From contig JAXGMI010000001.1 in NCBI GenBank assembly GCA_040768745.1, positions 1,696,001 to 1,760,000 on the forward strand: DNA of 64,000 nt, written 5' to 3'. The position numbers and the translations under genes were made by a program. Every line of letters starts with the position of its first letter. Position 1 is the first letter of the stretch. The notes beneath the pieces were generated by a model. It was not told the origin of the DNA. It saw only the letters and a program-made list of their open reading frames with translations, and ran no database searches. Source of the DNA: Desulfomicrobium sp. (GTDB lineage Bacteria > Desulfobacterota > Desulfovibrionia > Desulfovibrionales > Desulfomicrobiaceae). This document shows positions 23,198-31,549 of the stretch, piece by piece.

Positions 23198-24139
23198 TCA
23201 TGCGGCCTGTTCGGCACGGGTCAAGGCCAGAAAGATGTCTTCCAGGGACTGGCCGGTCAGGGTCAGCCCGCGCAGGGGCCATGACCTCGCCGCGCACAGG
23301 GCTGACACGTTCTCCAGGGACGTCATCGGGTCCAGGACTGCAAAACGGATGGCAGTCCATCCACCCCCTTCGCGCTCAGGGTGTACTGCCACGATGTCGC
23401 GCATGGCTTCCAGGGCGACGCGGATTTCAGCAACGGGGGCCTTGATTTCTGCCAGGCCCCAGGTCCGCGTCCCGGCACGGGCAGCCAGTTCCCCCAGAGT
23501 GCCCTGCGCCCTGATGGTTCCGTGACTGATGATGACGATCCGGTCTGCGATGGTTTCGGCTTCATGCAGGATGTGGGTGGAGAAGAGGACGGTCTTGGTC
23601 GCCGCGAGTTCCCTGATCAGGCCGCGGATCTCCAGGATCTGGTGGGGGTCCAGTCCGGTGGTCGGTTCGTCCAGGATGATGACCTCCGGATCGTGGATCA
23701 AGGCCTGGGCCAGGGCCGTTCGCTGCCGGAAGCCCTTGGAAAGTTCGCCTATGGGTCGGCGGAACACGGGGATGAGGCCCGTCCTGACCAGAACCCATTC
23801 CAGACGTTGGCGCAGCATGTCGCTTTTCAACCCACGGGCACGGGCCACAAAGTCGAGGTATTCGCCCACCTCCATGTAGAGGTAGAGGGGCAGATTTTCA
23901 GGGAGGTAGCCGATCCTCCGGCGGACCTCGCGCGGCTCCTGGACCACGTCAAACCCGCAGACCGTGGCCGATCCAGCGGATGGGCGCAGGTAGGTCGTCA
24001 GTATTTTCATGACAGTGGACTTGCCCGCCCCGTTGGGGCCCAGCAGGCCGAGGATTTCTCCCTGTCCGACACGAAAGGTGGCATCCTCCAGAGCCGTGAC
24101 AGGGCCGAACTGCATGCCCAGGTTCTGTACGTCGATCAT
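23198..24139 (-). CDS. ABC transporter ATP-binding protein (GldA-like)
   Basis: [33 protein letters not shown]. Confidence 0.9.
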   Translation of the reverse strand: MIDVQNLGMQFGPVTALEDATFRVGQGEILGLLGPNGAGKSTVMKILTTYLRPSAGSATVCGFDVVQEPREVRRRIGYLPENLPLYLYMEVGEYLDFVARARGLKSDMLRQRLEWVLVRTGLIPVFRRPIGELSKGFRQRTALAQALIHDPEVIILDEPTTGLDPHQILEIRGLIRELAATKTVLFSTHILHEAETIADRIVIISHGTIRAQGTLGELAARAGTRTWGLAEIKAPVAEIRVALEAMRDIVAVHPEREGGGWTAIRFAVLDPMTSLENVSALCAARSWPLRGLTLTGQSLEDIFLALTRAEQAA

Positions 24140-24283
24140 GGCAGCTCCTGCGATGATGGGGTAACCGGGCCGTACAGGATTGGCCGGTTTAAACATGCCT
24201 GCGCTAAGACAGGATTTTGTGCAAAGGCAAGTCCAAATTCAAGTATCCGCGCATGGTTCGCGGCGGTCCCGGAGGACTGACTG

Positions 24284-24311
24284 TTGACACCGCGTCCGGA
24301 GGGATTAAAGG
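24284..24311 (+). promoter_or_regulatory. Putative sigma70 promoter of the HesB-like gene
   Basis: TTGACA-N16-TAAAGG about 30 nt upstream of the AGGAGG RBS. Confidence 0.4.
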
Positions 24312-24340
24312 ACCATCTATTCAACCTATAGGAGGAGCTT

Positions 24341-24661
24341 ATGTTCGTTCTCAATCCGGCGGCCAAGGAGCAGCTGGACATGCATTTTGGCGACAAGGAC
24401 AAGGAACCCATCCGCATATACCTGTCCTCGGGTTGTGGCGGCCCTCGCCTGGGTCTGGCGTTGGACGATAAAAAGGCCACGGACCAGGTCTTTGAAGTGG
24501 ACGGGTATTCCTTTGTGATGGAGACGAGCCTCTTCGAGGAGGCCAAGCCTGTGACGGTCACTTTTGACCAGAACATGGGCTTCGCCGTGCAGTCGAGTCT
24601 GGTTTTTCCTGCCAGCAAAGGTGGCTGCTCGTCCTGCGGCTGCGGCGGGTCCTGCGGCTGA
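24341..24661 (+). CDS. IscA/HesB family protein (Cys form)
   Basis: PIRIYLSSGCGGPRLGLALD, C-terminal GGCSSCGCGGSCG; strong RBS. Confidence 0.88.
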   Translation: MFVLNPAAKEQLDMHFGDKDKEPIRIYLSSGCGGPRLGLALDDKKATDQVFEVDGYSFVMETSLFEEAKPVTVTFDQNMGFAVQSSLVFPASKGGCSSCGCGGSCG

Positions 24662-24679
24662 ACCGACTGCTTTTCACAT

Positions 24680-24714
24680 GCGGGAAGGGTGGCCAGGGCC
24701 GCCCTTTCCGCTTT
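24680..24714 (+). terminator. Terminator-like hairpin after the HesB-like gene
   Basis: GCGGGAAGGGTGGC-CAGG-GCCGCCCTTTCCGC followed by a short T-run. Confidence 0.55.
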
Positions 24715-24747
24715 CAGGCGAGCAGGTAATCCGCTATTTCCGGCTCC

Positions 24748-25161
24748 ATGCACATACCTCCCCGCATCCACATCGAGGACTCTGACATCCTGTTCGAATT
24801 CATCCGTGCAGGCGGTCCCGGTGGCCAGAACGTGAACAAGGTGTCTACAGCCGTGCGGTTGCGCGTGCGTCTGGAGAACATCCATGGCCTGGACCGGGAC
24901 GGGATGGTGCGACTTGCAACCCTGGCCGGGAAACGGCTTACCTCAGACGGGGAACTGGTCCTCAGGGCCCAGGCCCACCGCACACAGGACGCCAACCGCA
25001 GGGCAGTGCTGGAGCGCCTGGCTGATCTGCTCGCCCAGGCTGCCATGCGGCCCAGGGACCGCCAGCCAACCAAGCCGACCCGAGCCTCGCGTGAGCGGCG
25101 CCTGGGTTCCAAGGCCAGGAGGTCCCAGATCAAGACCCTGCGTCGGCTGCGTCCAGAATGA
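24748..25161 (+). CDS. arfB: Alternative ribosome rescue peptidyl-tRNA hydrolase
   Basis: GPGGQNVNKV, RTQDANR, basic C-terminal tail PTKPTRASRERRL. Confidence 0.92.
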   Translation: MHIPPRIHIEDSDILFEFIRAGGPGGQNVNKVSTAVRLRVRLENIHGLDRDGMVRLATLAGKRLTSDGELVLRAQAHRTQDANRRAVLERLADLLAQAAMRPRDRQPTKPTRASRERRLGSKARRSQIKTLRRLRPE

Positions 25162-25272
25162 GCCCGTGCGGAACGCAACGTCCGTGGGACATGACGTCCC
25201 GGCAGATCGCACCCGCAGGGCGCCTTTTTCAGCAGGCTGCGGGCTGGACATTTCCGAAAAACGAGGCGATCT

Positions 25273-26142
25273 GTGGCCATGAACGCCAAGCTTCGCATGT
25301 ATGCGTTTTCCATCCCCTGGAACCTTTTCCTGCTGAGTGCCGGCAGCGTCCTTGTGGCCTTGGGCATCAAGGCCGTAGCCGTTCCCCACGGCCTGATCTC
25401 GGGGGGAGTCTCGGGCATAGGATTGCTGCTGTATTATTTCACCCATACCCTGAGTCCGGGTCTGTGGCTTTTGCTCTTGAACATTCCCATCGCCCTGGCC
25501 GGGTGGATCATGGTCAGCCGCAGATTCGTGCTCTACACGGCCTACGGGATGCTTGCCATCACGGCCAGCATGGAGGCCATGTCCTTCTCTTTGCCCGTTC
25601 ATGACCGTCTGCTGGCCGCCATTGTCTCCGGGGCCCTGATTGGGGCGGGCAGCGGGACGGCCTTGCGCTCCCTGGGTTCCTCGGGAGGGCTCGACATCAT
25701 CGGCGTCATTCTGCATCAACGTTTCGGTTTCCGCATCGGTCAGATCAGCTTTCTCTTCAACGCCGCCCTCTTCTCGGCCAGCTTCGCCCTGATGGACACG
25801 GACCTGGTGCTCTATTCCCTCATCCACGTTTTTGTCAGTGGACAGATCACAGACGCTGTCTTGAGTATGTTCAATCAGCGCAAGCTTGTGTTCGTCGTTT
25901 CGGATCACGCCCAGGCCATTGCTGATGTCATCATGAAAGAGGCCAACCGGGGGGTGACCCTCCTTGAAGGTCGGGGCGGGTACACGGGCCTGCCCAAACA
26001 GGTGGTCATGACCGTAGTCAACAACGTGCAGCAGAAGAAGCTGGAAGAACTGATCTTCACCATGGATCCCGAGGCATTCGTCATTTTCGAGAACACTTTC
26101 AATGTCATCGGAAGGGGTTTTTCCAAACGCAAAGTCTACTGA
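25273..26142 (+). CDS. YitT family membrane protein
   Basis: GGVSGIG, LNIP, SSGGLDI, RGVTLLEGRGGYTG, DPEAF. Start may be the ATG at 25279. Confidence 0.88.
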   Translation: MAMNAKLRMYAFSIPWNLFLLSAGSVLVALGIKAVAVPHGLISGGVSGIGLLLYYFTHTLSPGLWLLLLNIPIALAGWIMVSRRFVLYTAYGMLAITASMEAMSFSLPVHDRLLAAIVSGALIGAGSGTALRSLGSSGGLDIIGVILHQRFGFRIGQISFLFNAALFSASFALMDTDLVLYSLIHVFVSGQITDAVLSMFNQRKLVFVVSDHAQAIADVIMKEANRGVTLLEGRGGYTGLPKQVVMTVVNNVQQKKLEELIFTMDPEAFVIFENTFNVIGRGFSKRKVY

Positions 26143-26159
26143 TTCCTGGATAAGACGGC

Positions 26160-27599
26160 ATGGAGAATATCCCCTTTCAAATTTCGCGCACACACCTGAT
26201 ACCCTTGCTGCCAGCCATCCGCATCTGGCTGGTCTGCCTCCTCATGCTCACTGCCGCATCGTCCTGCACCCTCAAGACGGCATCAGTCCCTGCGCCTCCG
26301 ACACCTGGAATTGAAGACGACGTCGTTTCCTTCATCCCTGAATTGCTGGATGTGGTCCTCGACGTCCCACAGTTGAGCAGCCACGCTGTAGCGGTATCGG
26401 ATGAGCCGATTTTGACCATGGCAGAGCAGTCCGCCCTGTATGATCAGGCCGTGAAACGCTTTTTTGCGCCCTGGCATCTGCGCGATGCGTCCCTTTCCCG
26501 CAAGCAGGCATTCTGGGGTGTGCGGGCCTACGGGTCCAGGCAGGGATATGCCGAGAATCTCCAGCCCTATCCGCCGGAGCGATGGGTCAGGGTCGTGGCC
26601 TTGCAGAACATGGACGCCTATCCGTCCATGGCCTCTCCGGCTATAGTCATCAGGAACACGTCCCTGCGCATCCTGCCCTCCATGCGTCCGTTTTTTTTCG
26701 ACCCGTCCCAGCCCGGTGAGGGTTTTCCCTTCGACTATTTTCAGAATAGCGCCCTGTGGCTGGGAACTCCCTTGCTGGTGACCCACGTGTCTTTGGACCA
26801 GGCCTGGTTTTTCGTGGAGACCTCCTTTGTCAGCGGATGGGTGCGCAGGGAGGATGTGGCCCTGGCGGAAGGGGATTTCCGCAGGACGTACGAAACCCTG
26901 GCCATGGTCGCCATCCGGCAGGACGATACGATCCTTTCCGGAGCCGGGGGAGGTTTTTTGGGACAGACCCATATCGGGGCGATTTTCCCGCTGCACAGCC
27001 AGGACGTGCAGAAGCTGACGATCCGCGTCCCGGCCCGATCCGCTCATGGACAAGCGGAACTCCATCTGGCCGAAGTCGATCTTCAGCAGGCAGCGCCAAT
27101 GCCCCTGCCGTGCACCTCCCGGAACATCGCCAGCCTCGCCGACGCCATGTCCGGGCAGCTCTACGGGTGGGGAGGGATGTTCGAGAACAGGGACTGCTCC
27201 TCGACCATGCGCGATCTGCTCCTGCCATTCGGCATCTGGTTGCCACGCAATTCCGGTCTCCAGGCCAGGCAGGCAGGTGGGGTCATTTCCCTGGAGAACA
27301 TGGACCCCGAAGCCAAGCTGTCCGTCATCCGGGACCAGGGGGTGCCTTTCGGATCCTTGATCTGGATGCCGGGGCACATCGGTCTGTACCTGGGCACGGA
27401 CCAGCGCGGAGAACCCCTCATGCTGCATAACATATGGGGGGCGCGAACAGTGTTGCCCGAGGGCAGAGAAGGCAGAGCCGTCATTGGCCGTCTGGCCGTG
27501 ACCAGCCTGCGGCCGGGCGAGGAACGGCCCGACGTGCGCAAGGGGGCTTTTCTGGAACGGGTCAGGGGCTTGACCCGCATCGGACGGTTTCGGCAGTGA
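26160..27599 (+). CDS. NlpC/P60 peptidoglycan peptidase with SH3-like domains (probable lipoprotein)
   Basis: YGWGG...RDCSS catalytic Cys, WLPRNS, GHIGLY, H-N-x-WG; FPFDYFQNS. Confidence 0.85.
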   Translation: MENIPFQISRTHLIPLLPAIRIWLVCLLMLTAASSCTLKTASVPAPPTPGIEDDVVSFIPELLDVVLDVPQLSSHAVAVSDEPILTMAEQSALYDQAVKRFFAPWHLRDASLSRKQAFWGVRAYGSRQGYAENLQPYPPERWVRVVALQNMDAYPSMASPAIVIRNTSLRILPSMRPFFFDPSQPGEGFPFDYFQNSALWLGTPLLVTHVSLDQAWFFVETSFVSGWVRREDVALAEGDFRRTYETLAMVAIRQDDTILSGAGGGFLGQTHIGAIFPLHSQDVQKLTIRVPARSAHGQAELHLAEVDLQQAAPMPLPCTSRNIASLADAMSGQLYGWGGMFENRDCSSTMRDLLLPFGIWLPRNSGLQARQAGGVISLENMDPEAKLSVIRDQGVPFGSLIWMPGHIGLYLGTDQRGEPLMLHNIWGARTVLPEGREGRAVIGRLAVTSLRPGEERPDVRKGAFLERVRGLTRIGRFRQ

Positions 27600-27797
27600 G
27601 CCGGCAAAGCGCGTTTGATACAAGCCGACGGCCGCGAATCCGGACAGGATGTTCTGAAAACGTTGTTCCTTGTGAAATCAAGGACAATGCTGCCCTGTGT
27701 TTTTCATGTGCGGTGGCAGTGGGTAAAAAACGGATCATAGTATCGTCTAACAGCGACGCTCCGGTGGGAGATCGCATCATTTCAGCGGGAGAGGACC

Positions 27798-29885
27798 ATG
27801 ACGGCAACCAAGTCTGTGTTCAGCGTCTGTGGCATGTGCACTGTACGCTGTCCAATCCAGGTGGATGTGCGGGACGGCAAGGCTGTGCGCATTCAGGGCA
27901 ACGAATTTTCTCCGCTCAAAGGCGGGCTATGCGCTCGCGGCGCTGCCGGCATCGCCTTGGAGCAGGATCCGGAAAAGCCCCAAACCCCTCTCATCCGCGT
28001 GGGCGCGCGGGGGGAAGGCAAGTGGCGGGCCGTGTCCTGGGCCGAGGCCCTGGATTACGTGGCGGACAAACTGAGGGGGATCATGGCCGAGCATGGTGGG
28101 AGGTCCGTCCTCTGGTCCGACCGCGGCGGACCTTTCCCGGATCTGCACCAGGCCTTCATGCGGGGCATCGGTTCGCCGAACTATTGCAACCACGATGCGT
28201 CCTGCGCCCGGAACGTGCAACACGGGGCCCAGTCGGTCATCGGGGTTGGCCGCAAGATGGTGGCCTACGATTTCCGCAATGCCAAGCACATCATCCTGCA
28301 GACCCGCAATATCATGGAAGCCATCAACGTGGCCGAGGTCAACGCTGTTCTGGATGGGATGGCCGGCGGGGCGAAACTGACTGTCATCGACATCCGGGGC
28401 ACGGTCAGCGCCAGCAAGGCCGACAATTTCTTCATGATCCGACCGGGCACGGACTATGCCTTCAACCTGGGTGTGATCCACGCCCTGATTTATGAAGACC
28501 TCTACGATAAGGATTTCGTGGGTCAGTTCGTGGACGGTTTTGATGAGCTCAAGGAGTTTGTCAAACCCTATACCCCGCAGTGGGCAGCGGCCGAGACAGG
28601 AGCATCGGCCGAAGGCATTCTCGGCCTGGCCCGCCAGCTTGCCGAGGCCGCGCCCAGCGTTGTCTGGCATCCGGGCTGGATGGTGGCCCGCTACAACGAC
28701 TCCTTTCAGGTCTGCCGCACGGCCTACATCATCAATGCCCTGCTGGGCGCCTTTGCGGCCAAGGGAGGCCTGCCCTTCGTGAACACGGCAAAGGAAGTGG
28801 GGCGCAAGGGCCTCAAAAAGCTCGTGGACCTGTTTCCCAAACCCGATGAGAAACGGGCCGACGGTGTGGGCTGGAAGTATCCGCAGTTTGATGCCGGCCC
28901 GGGCCTCGTGAACCTGGCCTACGACGCCATCGTCACCGGCGAGCCGTATCCCATCAAAGCCTACCTCTGTTTTCGCCATGACCCGCTCATGGCCATGCCT
29001 GACCCTGAAGCATTGAAGAAGAAATGGGCAGACCTGGACCTTCTGGTCAGCATCACCTTCACGTGGTCGGACACTGCCTGGCATTCGGATGTGGTCCTGC
29101 CCCTGTCCACCTATCTGGCCAGGGAGAGCATCATCGCCGGCAAGTCCGGCCTCAAGCCCCAGTTCTTCGTTCGCCGTCGTGCACAGGAACCGACCTTCGA
29201 CTCCAAGGCCGAGTGGGAGATCATTTGCGGTCTGGCCAAGCGCCTGGGCCTGGATGCCCTGGCCTTCGACAGCATCGAGGACATCTGGAACTACCAGCTG
29301 CAGGACACGGGCGTGGGCATAGAGGATTTCAATGCCAAAGGCTTTGTGGAGCTGGCGGACAAACCCCTGTATCGGCCCATGTCCGAAGTCAAGCTGCCCA
29401 CGGTCTCGGGCAAGGTCGAGATGGTCAGCGGCAAATGGGCCAAAGCGGGGTACAACACCCTGCCGGCGTACCAGTCTCCGCAGCATCCGCCCCAGGGCCT
29501 GTTCCGCATCGCCTTTGGCCGGGTCGGCGTACATACCCAGGGGCACACCGTGAACAACCCTCTGCTGGCCGAACTCATGCCTGAGAATGTGGCCTGGATC
29601 CATACCAGTCGGGCGGCGGAACTGGGCATCGCCGACGGTGACCTGGTGGAAGTGTTTTCCCCCAGGGGAGAAAGTGGGCGAATCAAGGCATTTGTGACCG
29701 AATGCGTCCATCCGGAAGCCTTGTTCATGGTGCACGGATTCGGGCACAAGCTGCCCGTTGAGTCACGGGCCAGGGGCCGGGGCGCGGCTGACCACGAACT
29801 CATGCCTGGCGGTCTTGAATGTTGGGACAAGGGCGGCGGTTGCCTGTCCATGCAGGAACATTTTGTCGGCGTGCGCAAAATCTAG
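27798..29885 (+). CDS. Molybdopterin oxidoreductase catalytic subunit, polysulfide/thiosulfate reductase (PsrA/PhsA)-like
   Basis: CGMCTVRC...LCARG FS0 cluster motif; PLIRVGARGEGKW; HDASC ligand segment; IRPGTD; SDVVLP; HTQGHT; no twin-arginine leader. Confidence 0.85.
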   Translation: MTATKSVFSVCGMCTVRCPIQVDVRDGKAVRIQGNEFSPLKGGLCARGAAGIALEQDPEKPQTPLIRVGARGEGKWRAVSWAEALDYVADKLRGIMAEHGGRSVLWSDRGGPFPDLHQAFMRGIGSPNYCNHDASCARNVQHGAQSVIGVGRKMVAYDFRNAKHIILQTRNIMEAINVAEVNAVLDGMAGGAKLTVIDIRGTVSASKADNFFMIRPGTDYAFNLGVIHALIYEDLYDKDFVGQFVDGFDELKEFVKPYTPQWAAAETGASAEGILGLARQLAEAAPSVVWHPGWMVARYNDSFQVCRTAYIINALLGAFAAKGGLPFVNTAKEVGRKGLKKLVDLFPKPDEKRADGVGWKYPQFDAGPGLVNLAYDAIVTGEPYPIKAYLCFRHDPLMAMPDPEALKKKWADLDLLVSITFTWSDTAWHSDVVLPLSTYLARESIIAGKSGLKPQFFVRRRAQEPTFDSKAEWEIICGLAKRLGLDALAFDSIEDIWNYQLQDTGVGIEDFNAKGFVELADKPLYRPMSEVKLPTVSGKVEMVSGKWAKAGYNTLPAYQSPQHPPQGLFRIAFGRVGVHTQGHTVNNPLLAELMPENVAWIHTSRAAELGIADGDLVEVFSPRGESGRIKAFVTECVHPEALFMVHGFGHKLPVESRARGRGAADHELMPGGLECWDKGGGCLSMQEHFVGVRKI

Positions 29886-29894
29886 GGGGCAGTC

Positions 29895-30344
29895 ATGAGC
29901 AATTACAGAATGAAACTGGATAAGACACGCTGCATCCACTGCAAGGCCTGCGAGGTGCACTGCAAGGTCAAGAACAATAATCCCGTGGGTATCAAATTCG
30001 CGGTGCACACTTCCGCCGGTCCGGAACAGAAGGACGGCAGGATCGTGCTCAAGGCTTCGTTCCGCAGCTGCTATCACTGCGACGACCCGGCCTGCGTGGA
30101 AGCCTGCCCGACCGAGGCCATGGTCCGCCGGGAGTCCGATGGGCTGGTCTATGTCAGGAAGGATCTGTGCATCGGTTGTGAATCGTGCATCGCGGCCTGC
30201 CCGTGGAACATTCCTGTCCTGTTCGAAGAGGAGAACGTGGTCGGCAAGTGCGACTACTGCATGGACCGTCTGGACGCCGGACTGGAGCCGGCCTGCGTCA
30301 CGGCGTGCACCACCCATGCCCTCAAGCTGGAGCGCAAGAAATAA
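29895..30344 (+). CDS. 4Fe-4S dicluster electron-transfer subunit (PsrB/DmsB-like)
   Basis: CIHCKACEVHC, CYHCDDPACVEACP, CIGCESCIAACP, KCDYC...PACVTAC. Confidence 0.9.
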   Translation: MSNYRMKLDKTRCIHCKACEVHCKVKNNNPVGIKFAVHTSAGPEQKDGRIVLKASFRSCYHCDDPACVEACPTEAMVRRESDGLVYVRKDLCIGCESCIAACPWNIPVLFEEENVVGKCDYCMDRLDAGLEPACVTACTTHALKLERKK

Positions 30345-30366
30345 GTCCGGTTTCTCCCTCCCGGTC

Positions 30367-30402
30367 AGCCCCTGCACCATAGGTCCAGGGGCTTTTCTTT
30401 TT
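30367..30402 (+). terminator. Intrinsic terminator after the 4Fe-4S subunit
   Basis: AGCCCCTG...CAGGGGCT hairpin followed by TTTCTTTTT. Confidence 0.7.
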
Positions 30403-30422
30403 GGTCTGCCGGGCGTTGCGTG

Positions 30423-31547
30423 TCATGTCATCTGTGTGATGGTCTTGCGGAATCGTCGTAGGGCGATGACAAAAAAAATGCCGCCAATGAGAGCCAATGC
30501 CAGAACCTGGGGCCAGACCACATCGAACCCTGCTCCCCTGTACAGAATGGCCTGAGCGGCCGCAACGAAGTGCGTGGTCGGCACGATTTCCATCGCATGC
30601 TGCACGAATGCCGGCATGCTCTCGCGCGGAGTCACACCGCCCGAGAGCATCTGCATGGGCAGCAGGATAAGAATCGTCAGAAGTCCGAACTGCGGCATGC
30701 TGCGGGCCACGGTGGCCATGAGGATGCCCAGAGAGGAGGCCACGAACAGATGCAGGCCGGCTACGGCCAGGAACAGGGGCACCGATCCCTCGATGGGCAC
30801 CTTCAGCAGGCCCTGCACGATGTATTGCAAGGAAAACGCGGTCCCCAGAAAAACGACAAGGCCTGTGGACCACACTTTGGCCAGCATGACCTCGGCCGGT
30901 TTGACCGGCATGACGAGCAGGTGCTCGATGGTGCCATGTTCGCGTTCGCGGATGAGGGCGGCTCCGGCCAGGATAATGGCCAGCATGGTCACGTTGTCGA
31001 TGATCTTCATGACCGACCCGAACCAGGACTGGGTCAGGGCCGGGTTGAAGCGCACGCGCAAGGCCAATTCCACCGGCTGAGCCTGACTTACCCGGAAGTG
31101 CTGCACAAACTCGTTCACCTCGCCCAGCACGATCTGCTGGATATGGCCGCTGCCCGTGAAGGCCTGGCTCATGCGCGTGGCATCGACATTGAGCTGGACT
31201 GCGGGTGAACGTCCGGCCAGCACGTCCCGCTGGAAGTTCGGCGGGATGTTGAGCGAGAACGTATACACCCCGGCATCCAGCCCTGCATCGACCTCGGCCA
31301 GGCTCACCTTCTGGGGCGGCATGAACTGCGGCGGAAAAAAGGCCGAGGTGATGCGCGCCGAAAGGGGCGAGTCGTCCTCGTCGACGATGGAGATGGGCAC
31401 TTTGTTCAGCTGTTCCGGCATGGCCGTCGCAGCGATATGGATCTGGAAGGTGAAACTGTAGATGATCAGGACCAGCATGAAGGGGTCCCGAGCCAGGCTC
31501 CAGAGTTCCTTGACGCCCAGATGCCCAACGTTGGAAAGCCTGCTCAT
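30423..31547 (-). CDS. yhhJ: ABC-2 permease (YhhJ-like)
   Basis: Start MSRLSNVGHLGVKELWSL; GAALIREREHGTIEHLL, ARSMPQFGLL, SGGVTPRESMP. Confidence 0.85.
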   Translation of the reverse strand: MSRLSNVGHLGVKELWSLARDPFMLVLIIYSFTFQIHIAATAMPEQLNKVPISIVDEDDSPLSARITSAFFPPQFMPPQKVSLAEVDAGLDAGVYTFSLNIPPNFQRDVLAGRSPAVQLNVDATRMSQAFTGSGHIQQIVLGEVNEFVQHFRVSQAQPVELALRVRFNPALTQSWFGSVMKIIDNVTMLAIILAGAALIREREHGTIEHLLVMPVKPAEVMLAKVWSTGLVVFLGTAFSLQYIVQGLLKVPIEGSVPLFLAVAGLHLFVASSLGILMATVARSMPQFGLLTILILLPMQMLSGGVTPRESMPAFVQHAMEIVPTTHFVAAAQAILYRGAGFDVVWPQVLALALIGGIFFVIALRRFRKTITQMT

Positions 31548-31549
31548 GC

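Noticed and set aside
24659..24714. Sec read-through at the HesB stop (SCG-TGA followed by a hairpin)
   Set aside because: The protein is complete at this point, and the hairpin with its T-run looks like a terminator.
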